Shown here: piece after piece, positions 1-9,090 of the stretch | Numbering within the stretch: position 1 is the stretch's first letter | Layout: each line of letters opens with the position of its first letter | Assembly: GCA_048885925.1 (NCBI GenBank) | Contig: JBHLLG010000001.1 | Span: 3,105 to 67,104 of the forward strand | Direction of reading: 5' to 3' | Source: Candidatus Hermodarchaeota archaeon | Lineage (GTDB): Archaea; Asgardarchaeota; Lokiarchaeia; Sigyniarchaeales; SOKP01 | Length of the DNA stretch: 64,000 bases | The notes under the pieces: model-generated | The model's input: only the letters and a program-made list of their open reading frames with translations | Told to the model about the DNA's origin: nothing | Database searches by the model: none | Translations under genes and position numbers: made by a program

Positions 1-520
1 ATATCTATTTTTGGTAGAGTTGTATCATCATCCACTAGACTAATCTTAGTCGTTATAGTGGTTGTTAATGAATCACCTGGTCTATCATTATCATTGTCTG
101 TTGCGCTAAAAGTAAAATCATGTGTTCCTAAACTATTAGGTACTGGATATATTCCAGTTGGATCAGCAAAAAGTCCTGAAGCATCTGAAGCTGATACTAC
201 AAGGGTTCCAGGATTTCCGTCAGTACCATCTCCAGTATAGCTAATATCTATTTTTGGTAGAGTTGTATCATCATCCACTAGACTAATCTTAGTCGTTATA
301 GTGGTTGTTAATGAATCACCAGGTCTATCATTATCATTATCTCTTGCAATAAATGCAAAAACATATGTTCCTAAACTATTAGGTACTGGGTATATTCCAG
401 TTGGATCACCAGAAAGTCCTGAAGCATCTGAAGCTGATACTACAAATGTCCCAGGATTTCCGTCCGTACCATCTCCTGTATAGCTAATATCTATTTTTGG
501 TGGAGTAATATCATCATCAA
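1..520 (-). repeat. Coding tandem repeat, period 243 bp (81 aa), at least 2 full copies, truncated by window edge
   Basis: atatctattttttgg-type anchor recurs at 1, 244 and 487; unit DDDTTLPKIDISYTGDGTDGNPG...ATDNDNDRPGDSLTTT. Confidence 0.95.
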
Positions 521-2375
521 TTATATTGATTGAACTAGATTTCGAACTTGAAAGAGGTTTCCTTGGATGAGTATTTTTAAGTTCTACCGATATAGTATGA
601 AAACCTAAAGTATTTGGAACATTGTAAACACTTAATAAGTTTCCTGCTAAAATTCCATCAATTATAACTTTAATAGAACTTTCATCAATGCAACATATAT
701 CCTCCTCGGCTGAAATTTTCCATCTTCCAGGATTTTCATCTGTTTGGGCTCCATTAAGATAATCAATGTTGATAACTGGAGGTGTTGGATCTTCGATAAA
801 AATAAAATATAATTTTATAGAGATCCATGAATCTTGACCTTCTACTTGAGCTAATTTTGGTATTGGATCTTTATAAGCGTCTTGAGAAGTTACAAAAGCT
901 TTTACAGTATGTTCTCCAGGACTAAAAAAACCTATAAGATCAACTTCAGTTTGAGGAATAAAATTGCGAAAATAGCTGCCAGTTTCTGGGGAAGGTTTAG
1001 CGAATTGGCAATTGCTCATATCAAATTCCCATGTCTTAGTTTCTCCCCCTTGAATTGTTACATCACCTCGAACTTGGCCAACGCCTATTCTTTCAACTCC
1101 AATAGGGTCTCCTATATCATCTAAAGCGAAATAAACAGCTCGTAGATATGGATCATCAGGATCACAATATGCTGTAATTTGCATTCGACAATACCTAGAT
1201 AAACATGGTATTTTTATGTTTGTTAAAGCAGGATGGTCTGCGTTAGAAAATTCATGTTCAAATACATCTAAAATGAATTCATCATATAGAAAAAATAATT
1301 TTACAGTAATCCATGAATCTTGGGTTGCTCCTTTATAAATATCTTGAGAAGTTACAAAAGCTTTTATTGTGTGTTCTCCAGGACTAAAAAAACCAATAAA
1401 ATCATCTTCAGTTTGAGGAATAAAATTACGAAAATAGCTGCCAGTTTCTGGGGAAGGTTTAGCGAATTGGCAATTGCTCATATCAAATTCCCATGTCTTA
1501 GTTTCTCCTCCTCGAATTGTTACATCACCTCGAACTTGGCCAGCACCTATTCTTTCAACTCCAATTGGATCTCCTATATCATCTAAAGCGAAATAAACAG
1601 CTCGTAGATATATATCATCAGGATCACAATATGCTGTAATTTGCATTCGACAATACATTGGAGTAGTTGGTATATTTATACTTGCTAATGAAGGATGGTC
1701 TGCATTAGAATATACATGGTCTAGGACACTAACCACAATTTCCTTAAAAATAAAATGTAGTTTAATAGTGATCCATGAATCTTGAGTTGCTCCTTTATAA
1801 CTATTTTGAGAAGTTACAAAAGCTTTTACAGTATGTTCTCCAGGACTGAAAAAACCAATAAAATTTTCTTCAGTTTGAGGAATAAAATTACGAAAATAGC
1901 TGCCAGTTTCTGGGGAAGGTTTAGCGAATTGACAATTGCTCATATCAAATTCCCATGTCTTAGTTTCTCCTCCTCGAATTGTTACATCACCTCGAACTTG
2001 ACCAGCACCTATTCTTTCAACTCCAATTGGATCTCCTATATCATCTAAAGCGAAATAAACAGCTCGTAGATATATATCATCAGGATCACAATATGCAACA
2101 ATTTCCATTATGCATGATATTGGTTCACCAGGTATTTTTATAGTTTTTATGGCTGGATGTTCTGAATTAGAATATTCATGATCAAATATAATTATAGTAT
2201 GATCTTTATTTTCATAAGTATTAGTTGAGAGTATATCTTCTGCTATTTCATCATTATTATTTTGTTCATTCATATATATTTCTACAGGATTGAATTCGAA
2301 TGTTGATACTAATAAAAGCAAAGAAACAGTTGAAATGAGTAAAATTGTTTTTATTTTAATTCTGCAATTAAACAA
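1..2375 (-). CDS. Large secreted/cell-surface repeat protein (>791 aa, runs off window start): signal peptide, 3x154-aa domains, then Ig-like acidic 81-aa repeats
   Basis: Manually translated open frame from TTG at 2375, preceded by GAGGTGA; N-terminus MFNCRIKIKTILLISTVSLLLLVSTF is signal-like; no stop before the window edge; absent from the ORF track. Confidence 0.9.
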   Translation of the reverse strand, partial: MFNCRIKIKTILLISTVSLLLLVSTFEFNPVEIYMNEQNNNDEIAEDILSTNTYENKDHTIIIFDHEYSNSEHPAIKTIKIPGEPISCIMEIVAYCDPDDIYLRAVYFALDDIGDPIGVERIGAGQVRGDVTIRGGETKTWEFDMSNCQFAKPSPETGSYFRNFIPQTEENFIGFFSPGEHTVKAFVTSQNSYKGATQDSWITIKLHFIFKEIVVSVLDHVYSNADHPSLASINIPTTPMYCRMQITAYCDPDDIYLRAVYFALDDIGDPIGVERIGAGQVRGDVTIRGGETKTWEFDMSNCQFAKPSPETGSYFRNFIPQTEDDFIGFFSPGEHTIKAFVTSQDIYKGATQDSWITVKLFFLYDEFILDVFEHEFSNADHPALTNIKIPCLSRYCRMQITAYCDPDDPYLRAVYFALDDIGDPIGVERIGVGQVRGDVTIQGGETKTWEFDMSNCQFAKPSPETGSYFRNFIPQTEVDLIGFFSPGEHTVKAFVTSQDAYKDPIPKLAQVEGQDSWISIKLYFIFIEDPTPPVINIDYLNGAQTDENPGRWKISAEEDICCIDESSIKVIIDGILAGNLLSVYNVPNTLGFHTISVELKNTHPRKPLSSSKSSSINIIDDDITPPKIDISYTGDGTDGNPGTFVVSASDASGLSGDPTGIYPVPNSLGTYVFAFIARDNDNDRPGDSLTTTITTKISLVDDDTTLPKIDISYTGDGTDGNPGTLVVSASDASGLFADPTGIYPVPNSLGTHDFTFSATDNDNDRPGDSLTTTITTKISLVDDDTTLPKID
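805..2190 (-). repeat. Coding tandem repeat, period 462 bp (154 aa), 3 copies
   Basis: ttgagaagttacaaaagc recurs at 882, 1344 and 1806; cores are near-identical and junctions diverged; boundaries approximate. Confidence 0.95.
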
Positions 2376-2552
2376 CTATTCACCTCTTACAATGGTGGAT
2401 TTTCTTTTTGTAATTTAGATATATAGTTTTAAGAAAGAACATTATTTAAAAATTATAATATTTTTTTTAGAAGCGAATAATCTATTATCTAAGAAGTCGA
2501 AAAATATTAAAAGTTGTATTTAAATAATGAATAAAATACTGCTTTATTAAGA

Positions 2553-2915
2553 ATGAAGAAATATATCAATGAAATTAAACATAACAAAATAATGTTAGGA
2601 TTAGGAATTTTTATAATTATTATTTCTGGAATCCTTATTATTTTATTCTCAATTGTAGTGATTTATCAACAAACAATTATGAATGAACAAAGACAAATTA
2701 TGGATGAAAATAGACAATGGGTAGAAAAAATTCCTTTTTATGAGGTTACAGGCGGATTAGGAGACCAAATCATTGAAGGTGAAAAAATTTATAATGAAGC
2801 CCTCGCAAAATATTCAGCAGCACTACAAACACAAATTCTGGCAATTTTATTATTAATATTACTTTCTATAACTCTAATTACTACTATTGGTTTTCTAATA
2901 ATTAAATTTTCTTAG
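2553..2915 (+). CDS. Hypothetical membrane protein (2 TM)
   Basis: Two hydrophobic segments flanking a polar helix. Confidence 0.65.
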   Translation: MKKYINEIKHNKIMLGLGIFIIIISGILIILFSIVVIYQQTIMNEQRQIMDENRQWVEKIPFYEVTGGLGDQIIEGEKIYNEALAKYSAALQTQILAILLLILLSITLITTIGFLIIKFS

Positions 2916-3159
2916 ACTTTATTAATTTAATTCAATATTCATTCAATTGTTCTTATTTAATCGATCCTTATTAACTTTAAAGCAAAATAATGTTACACTG
3001 TATTTCTATACGTCAAATTATTTTGACAATTAAATTGAAATGCAAAATTCTATATAAGTAAATGTTTATTATACCAATTTAATCGGTTGAAACGATTAAT
3101 CCTTACGTTTTTTGAGATTAGAAATCTAAAGTTAACAAAAAAATAATTTTTAAAAAAAA

Positions 3160-4023
3160 ATGAATTCGACTTTTTTAAAAAAAAATAAAAAAATAATTTT
3201 AATCTTAGCATTTGTAATTATTATTCCATCAACTATAGGTATCATCTTCGCAATCTATATCTTTTCTAATGATGACTTGCACCCACCAATACAAATTGAA
3301 TCTGATGCTGATTTTATCCATTATGATTTTCCGGGAAATGGAACACAAGAGAATCCATATATCATAGAAGGCCTTAAAATTAGTGCGAGTGGTAGTTCGA
3401 CTGTTGGAATTAGTATACGAAACACAGATAGTTTCTTTATAATTAAAAATTGTCTTGTCTACTCTGATTATTTGGGGATTAGTCTAATCGAGGTAGCTGA
3501 GGGAACCTCATGGATTATTAATAATACATGCATTTCAAAATCTGGTGATGGTGGTGGAATCGTTTTAAACCAAATGTCAAATAGCACTATTGTGGGTAAT
3601 TTATGTATTAATTTTATGCAAGGAATTCATATTAATCATGTTTCACATTGCTTAATTAAATTAAATATCGTAGAAGACAATAATTATCAAGGCATTAACA
3701 TTCGCTATTCAAGTAATAATATAATAACCAATAATACAATAAAAACCTCCCCAGAGCACGGAATAGCTCTTGTAGGGGATGCTAATTGGAATAAAATATA
3801 TAATAATATTTTATTTGAGAACGCTTATTCAGCAACTTATAATGTTGATGGAAGACTAATGGGATTGATTAATAGTCAAGCATTTGATGAAGGAAATAAT
3901 AATACTTGGTATGATGATATAAATAATAAAGGTAATTATTGGTCAGATTATCAAGGAATTGGAAATTATTCAATTGATGGACCAGCAGGAACGGAAGATA
4001 TATACCCCCTAGAGATTAATTAA
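3160..4023 (+). CDS. Membrane-anchored right-handed beta-helix (NosD/pectin-lyase-like) protein
   Basis: N-terminal TM, GNGTQENPYII motif, repeated GI-x-x..SNN.I..N.I units, GNYWSDY and DIYPL C-terminal motifs. Confidence 0.85.
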   Translation: MNSTFLKKNKKIILILAFVIIIPSTIGIIFAIYIFSNDDLHPPIQIESDADFIHYDFPGNGTQENPYIIEGLKISASGSSTVGISIRNTDSFFIIKNCLVYSDYLGISLIEVAEGTSWIINNTCISKSGDGGGIVLNQMSNSTIVGNLCINFMQGIHINHVSHCLIKLNIVEDNNYQGINIRYSSNNIITNNTIKTSPEHGIALVGDANWNKIYNNILFENAYSATYNVDGRLMGLINSQAFDEGNNNTWYDDINNKGNYWSDYQGIGNYSIDGPAGTEDIYPLEIN

Positions 4024-4331
4024 GACTTTTATTATTATCAATTATATTCATTTTTTTATCATTCCTTGGAATAATTGCATCATAAAGGAATATCCTTTTT
4101 GAAGAATAATAAGATTGTAAACCTCGATCTACATCTATGAATTAATTTTTATTATTAATTAAAACATAGATTTTTAATAAGGGAAATCATACCCTTGATA
4201 ATTTGTTTTTAATGGGTAATTTTTTATTGTTTGCATTGCTATTTAAACAAAAGTCTATTTAAATAAATATCAATTATAGTCATTCATTACATTAACGTTA
4301 CAATTAAGAAGATTGAGGACATTAACTGAAA

Positions 4332-5522
4332 ATGATTTTGAGTTTCCCTAACATGGGCCCGAATTGGGTCGCGTTTAAAACATTATTTGAACAGCTAGAT
4401 CCATCTATAAAAGTGATCTTACCTGACCCCACTAACAGAGAAGCAATTAAAATCGGTGTAAAATATAGTCCAGAGTTTGTATGTTTCCCCTTTAAGTCAA
4501 CTTTAGGCGATTTCGTAAGTGCTATTAAAAAAGGTGCTGATACTTTAGTTATGGCTATTGATTGTGGACCATGTCGCTTCGGATTTTACCATGCTGTCCA
4601 AGAACGGCTTTTACATGATATGGGATACAAACACGTAACTGTTATTCCTTTGGATCAAGCAGATCTGCTTGAATTTCATTGGGTTAAAACTCTCCAGGAA
4701 GTTAGTGGTAAAAGCGGTCTTTTTGCTTATCCAAGATTTGTTAAAGCTGTTATTTTTTTCTTGAAAAAAGCAAAATTGTTAAGTGATATTCAAACTGCCG
4801 AGGGTTTATTTCGTGCATATGAACGCAATCAGGGGGACACTACAGATGTATTTAATAGTATTTTAAATAAATTAGATCAAGCTAATACCCTTAAAGAACT
4901 AAGAAATTTTAAAAAAGTTATCAAAGAAGATTTTGGTAAAATTGATATTGATAAAACTCGAACTCCTTTACGAGTTGCCATATTTGGAGAGATTCATATA
5001 AGTTTAGAACCATATGTGAACGTAGATATTAGACGTAAATTTGGAGAGATGGGTGTAGAGATACATCAAAATTTAAATTTGTGGGATTGGGTTTCACATA
5101 AATTTCATTTAAATTTCCACCGAAAATGGTTAGAGCATTTAGCTCGTCCATATATTCCTATGGATATTGGGGGTGAGTGTCAATGGGTTTTGGGCGAGTA
5201 TATAGACCGTGCTAATAGCGGATTTGACGCAAGTTGTCATGTTTATCCATTTACTTGCATGCCCGAAGTTACTGCTAGGACGATTATAACAAATAAACTC
5301 AAGAAAATTTATGATCTCCCTATAATTTTCTTTTCCTTCGACGAACATAGTGGTACTGAGGGAATGCGCACTAGACTAGAAGCTTTTGTCGACTTAATGG
5401 AATCAAGACGTAAATATAAATTGGAAACTGAAAAAATTTCACTTGAGAATGATAAGAAGAGTTTTTATAGTTCCATTGGATCCCATTTCTTTCAAGAATG
5501 TTATCAATTAATTCAATCATAA
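4332..5522 (+). CDS. 2-hydroxyacyl-CoA dehydratase-related protein (CoA-activase partner)
   Basis: SPEFVCFPFK, GPCRFGFY, PFTCMPE and FDEHSGTEGMRTRLEAFVD motifs; adjacent to an activase. Confidence 0.85.
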   Translation: MILSFPNMGPNWVAFKTLFEQLDPSIKVILPDPTNREAIKIGVKYSPEFVCFPFKSTLGDFVSAIKKGADTLVMAIDCGPCRFGFYHAVQERLLHDMGYKHVTVIPLDQADLLEFHWVKTLQEVSGKSGLFAYPRFVKAVIFFLKKAKLLSDIQTAEGLFRAYERNQGDTTDVFNSILNKLDQANTLKELRNFKKVIKEDFGKIDIDKTRTPLRVAIFGEIHISLEPYVNVDIRRKFGEMGVEIHQNLNLWDWVSHKFHLNFHRKWLEHLARPYIPMDIGGECQWVLGEYIDRANSGFDASCHVYPFTCMPEVTARTIITNKLKKIYDLPIIFFSFDEHSGTEGMRTRLEAFVDLMESRRKYKLETEKISLENDKKSFYSSIGSHFFQECYQLIQS

Positions 5523-5537
5523 CATAGGTGAGTTAAA

Positions 5538-6560
5538 ATAGTACAAGTTTCTGATAAAATTGTCAAAGATGATGGAAAGAATGATGCTTTCCTCGGAATT
5601 GATATAGGAAGTGTTACATGCAAATTTGTTTTAATGGATATAAATAGTAATGTCCTTACCAGTGTATTTTTACGTAATAGAGGTTCTCCTATAGAATCTG
5701 CTAAAGCAGGCATGGAAGACTTGCGATTAAAAATTGAAAATAATGAACAATTACAAGAATATGCAATAAGATGTTGTGGAACTACAGGTTCAGCAAGATA
5801 CTTAACTAAAGCAATTGTGGGTGGAGATCTTGCTAAAACAGAAATTATTGCTCATGCGGTTGCTACTCAATCTTTATACCCAGATGTTCGAACAATCTTG
5901 GAGATTGGAGGACAAGATTCAAAGATTATAATTTTACGTGATGGTATAATTGTTGATTTTGCTATGAATTCTGTTTGTGCTGCAGGTACTGGATCTTTCC
6001 TTGATCATCAAGCAGCTAGGTTAGGAATACCAATTGAACAATTTGGAGATTATGCTGTGAAATCGAAAAATCCAGTAAGCATAGCAGGGCGATGTACTGT
6101 ATTTGCAGAATCAGATATGATACATAAACAAAATGCAGGGTATTCGAGAGAAGACATTATTGCGGGTTTATGCGATTCCTTAGTTAGAAACTATATGAAT
6201 AATTTGTCGAAGGGAAAGGAATTAGCAGAACCCGTTGTTTTTCAAGGGGGAGTATCCTATAATAAAGGAATTATTCAAGCTTTCGAACGACATTTAGGAT
6301 GCCAAGTAATTGTCCCGAAATATAATGTTTTGATGGGAGCTTTAGGGATGGCAATTCTTGTTAGAGATCACTATTTAGATCATCCAACCGAAACCTTATT
6401 TCGAGGGCTTCATGTGGGGGATTTAGAATTTAAAACATCAACATTCCACTGCGGGGATTGCCCTAACAATTGTGAGATTGTCCAAGTTCGCCTTAAAGAG
6501 GAAGAGAATAAGGTTATTGCCCGTTGGGGTTCAAGATGTGGAAAATGGGAAGTTTTTTGA
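5538..6560 (+). CDS. Acyl-CoA dehydratase activase (HgdC/BadG-type ASKHA ATPase, Fe-S); probable ATA start
   Basis: GIDIGSVTCK (upstream of the ATG at 5634), TTGSAR, EIGGQDSK, CAAGTGSFL, RCTVFAES and C-terminal CxxCxxxC motifs. Confidence 0.9.
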   Translation: MVQVSDKIVKDDGKNDAFLGIDIGSVTCKFVLMDINSNVLTSVFLRNRGSPIESAKAGMEDLRLKIENNEQLQEYAIRCCGTTGSARYLTKAIVGGDLAKTEIIAHAVATQSLYPDVRTILEIGGQDSKIIILRDGIIVDFAMNSVCAAGTGSFLDHQAARLGIPIEQFGDYAVKSKNPVSIAGRCTVFAESDMIHKQNAGYSREDIIAGLCDSLVRNYMNNLSKGKELAEPVVFQGGVSYNKGIIQAFERHLGCQVIVPKYNVLMGALGMAILVRDHYLDHPTETLFRGLHVGDLEFKTSTFHCGDCPNNCEIVQVRLKEEENKVIARWGSRCGKWEVF

Positions 6561-6583
6561 AACTTTGAGGTGTTAAAACTAAA

Positions 6584-6778
6584 GTGGCAGAATTTTTAAA
6601 ACAAATAAAAGAATTAGGAGAGGAATTCCTTGAAACTCTTCAACATAAGACGAAAATATCGACGATTTTTGATATTCTTTTAGGAAAGGTTATTCCCACT
6701 TTTGTTTCAGAAAAAGACTTAAAAAAATATTATGAAAAGAGAATGGAAGAGGTTAATGATTTTATAGATAAATTATAG
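6584..6778 (+). CDS. Small hypothetical protein, probably co-transcribed with the activase
   Basis: GAGGTG RBS before GTG start; helical, charged composition. Confidence 0.65.
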   Translation: MAEFLKQIKELGEEFLETLQHKTKISTIFDILLGKVIPTFVSEKDLKKYYEKRMEEVNDFIDKL

Positions 6779-6937
6779 ATTTTTAACTCACTATATTTTC
6801 TATTCTTCAGTTTAAGTTATTCTAAAAGTTTTTCAATTTGTATTTTTAATTATTTCATTAGAGTTCAATAATTTTAAAGTGCATGATGACTTCTTCTAAA
6901 TATTCCAATAAATATATTATAAAAGCATATTATTAAT

Positions 6938-7399
6938 ATGACTGGACAAGTTCAAGACGAATTTATCTATAATGGAGAAAAGTATGATGTCCTAGGTGTT
7001 AAAGGGAGAGAAATGTATACTCTAAAGGAATTTGGGTTGATTCCTTCCTCTTTTACTACTGCTTGTTATCGGGGCTTTATCATGAGATATAAGATTACAA
7101 GCAATCACCTATTTTTAGATAGACTTTATATTACAGCAGAAAATCCCCCTATGATAAATAATATTAAACCAACGATTATCTCAAAAGAGAATAAAGAATC
7201 ATGGATCGAGGATATGTTCAAATATAAGTATTTAAATCTCCAATTGAAAGTGCCATTTAGCGGAGAATTCTTGTTGGGAAAAGATTTTGATCGTTCTAAA
7301 GACACACATATGGGATATCCGCCTATAAAAGCATATCGAACGCGTTTAAAAATTAAATTTAAAAATTCTGAAATAGTTAAAATTGAAATTAAATCCTAG
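6938..7399 (+). CDS. Conserved hypothetical protein
   Basis: MTGQ..D start, TACYRG motif, FSGEFLLG. Confidence 0.75.
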   Translation: MTGQVQDEFIYNGEKYDVLGVKGREMYTLKEFGLIPSSFTTACYRGFIMRYKITSNHLFLDRLYITAENPPMINNIKPTIISKENKESWIEDMFKYKYLNLQLKVPFSGEFLLGKDFDRSKDTHMGYPPIKAYRTRLKIKFKNSEIVKIEIKS

Positions 7400-7578
7400 A
7401 AATTAAAGATGTAGTGAGAATTTTAGAGTTTTTAGGTTTTCCAAGTAATTACTAGATCTATAGCGTTTTTTATAATATGATATTATATCTCTTTTTTTAC
7501 TAAATAAATAACTTAGATTAAAGAAGTTTTATATTAATTAGAACTTTATTTAACATTAACTATAAAATTACATATTCT

Positions 7579-8292
7579 TTGGCAAAGAAAATGAGTGAAA
7601 TTGAAAGTCCGGAAGTAAAGCCAGAGGGAGATAAATTAAATCCGAAAGTAATCGCTACTGATATTTTATATGGTGCGGTTAAAGGATTTAGTGGTTTATT
7701 TTTTAAAGCGTTCATGGATTTAAAAATTGAGGGTCAGGAAAATATTCCAATAAGAGGAAAAGCTATTTTAACAACTGTAGCGAAAAATATTATCCGAGAT
7801 ATGCTAATTATCAGCCAGGTTACAGGGCGTAAAATACATTTTATGCTTGATCCAAAGTTAATGAAGCATCAAATTGCTGGACCGGTTTTAAAAAGCCTTG
7901 GTATGATTCGAGGAACTGAAAGTAAAGAAGATACAGAGCCAATTGATAAAGTTTTTGAGATATTAAATGAAAAAGGTGATCTTGTAGGGATGACACCTGA
8001 ATCAAGACATGATCGAGAGGTACAGGTTAAATCAATGGCAGCTATTATTAAGTTTGCTGTTGCTGCAAGTGCTCCAATCATTCCTATAGCAATTACCACT
8101 GGAAAAACTAAGATATTAAACATGTTTACTGGAGATGGAATAAAAGTTAAGGTTGGAGCACCCTTGAAAGTCGAAAAGAGATTAACTAGAGAGAAATATC
8201 GTGCTGAAAGATATGAGCTAGCAGAGGATATAATAAATATTATAGAAAAACTTGGGGAAAAATCTGAATTTGAAGAAACAGACAACTTCTAA
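7579..8292 (+). CDS. PlsC-like lysophospholipid acyltransferase fold, catalytic motif degenerate
   Basis: IEGQENIP, IHFM, APIIPIAI and VKVGAPL match the PlsC layout; HxxxxD and FPEGTR are altered. Confidence 0.75.
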   Translation: MAKKMSEIESPEVKPEGDKLNPKVIATDILYGAVKGFSGLFFKAFMDLKIEGQENIPIRGKAILTTVAKNIIRDMLIISQVTGRKIHFMLDPKLMKHQIAGPVLKSLGMIRGTESKEDTEPIDKVFEILNEKGDLVGMTPESRHDREVQVKSMAAIIKFAVAASAPIIPIAITTGKTKILNMFTGDGIKVKVGAPLKVEKRLTREKYRAERYELAEDIINIIEKLGEKSEFEETDNF

Positions 8293-8307
8293 ATTGAATT
8301 TTTTGAT

Positions 8308-8931
8308 TTAATTTTTTATCTTATTATTCCAATGAATATATATTGACCATTCGAATTTTTTACCTTTATATTTTCCATCACATGTAGCGCCTAATTCAAA
8401 TCCAATATGTTCATGCCAACGAGCAGATGCTTTATTTGCCAGAGGAGCTTCAACTATAAAAGCAACGATAGGTAAATCATTCTCCTTTAAGATTTTTTTA
8501 AAAATTGCTTTTCCTACTCCTTTTCGTTTATATTCAGGGATTACACTAATTTGATCTAGATAAACAAATTTAGAATCTTCCAAAGTTAAGAATTCTCTTA
8601 TACTTATGTCATTAGTATATAAATTATCTAATGTAGTACGAAAATTGTAAATACTGCATTGATTTTTATAAATACTCGCGAATGCGATTACATCTCCTTT
8701 CATATTTTTTGCTACATAGATATCTATAGTTGGATCTTGTATAAGTTGCTCATAATATTTTGTATCTACTTCCTTTCTTAAAAAGCCATGATTTTCTAAG
8801 TATTGTCTTTGCTTTTGAGGGATTTTATCGAAATCGTGTATCTCAATTAGATTTTGCTTAAGAGCATTATTTACTCCTGAAGCATCCTCTAATTTAGCTA
8901 TTTCAATATTAATTTCGATATTATCTTCCAT
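8308..8931 (-). CDS. GNAT family N-acetyltransferase
   Basis: LDQISVIPEYKRKGVGK acetyl-CoA motif and N..S..WHEHIGF; ATG start at 8931 preferred over the TTG at 8973. Confidence 0.9.
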   Translation of the reverse strand: MEDNIEINIEIAKLEDASGVNNALKQNLIEIHDFDKIPQKQRQYLENHGFLRKEVDTKYYEQLIQDPTIDIYVAKNMKGDVIAFASIYKNQCSIYNFRTTLDNLYTNDISIREFLTLEDSKFVYLDQISVIPEYKRKGVGKAIFKKILKENDLPIVAFIVEAPLANKASARWHEHIGFELGATCDGKYKGKKFEWSIYIHWNNKIKN

Positions 8932-9090
8932 TTTTGAATAATATCTCCATGTTAGTAAAATGTTTTGTCCCAATAAGAATAAATTTTATATTCTGTTTAA
9001 TTTAAAAAGTAATAATTATAGGTTTAATAAAATAAGATTATTTTAAATGTTTGAGAAAAAAATCTATATTCAAACTAAAAGGAAATAATT

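Noticed and set aside
58-2048. Five repeated plus-strand ORFs (58, 301, 882, 1320, 1782) looking like a tandem small-gene array
   Set aside because: They are antisense shadows of the repeats in the long minus-strand gene, which has an RBS, signal peptide and uninterrupted frame
805-2190. Diversity-generating retroelement template/variable repeats
   Set aside because: All copies are in-frame coding domains, differences are not adenine-specific, and no reverse transcriptase is in the window
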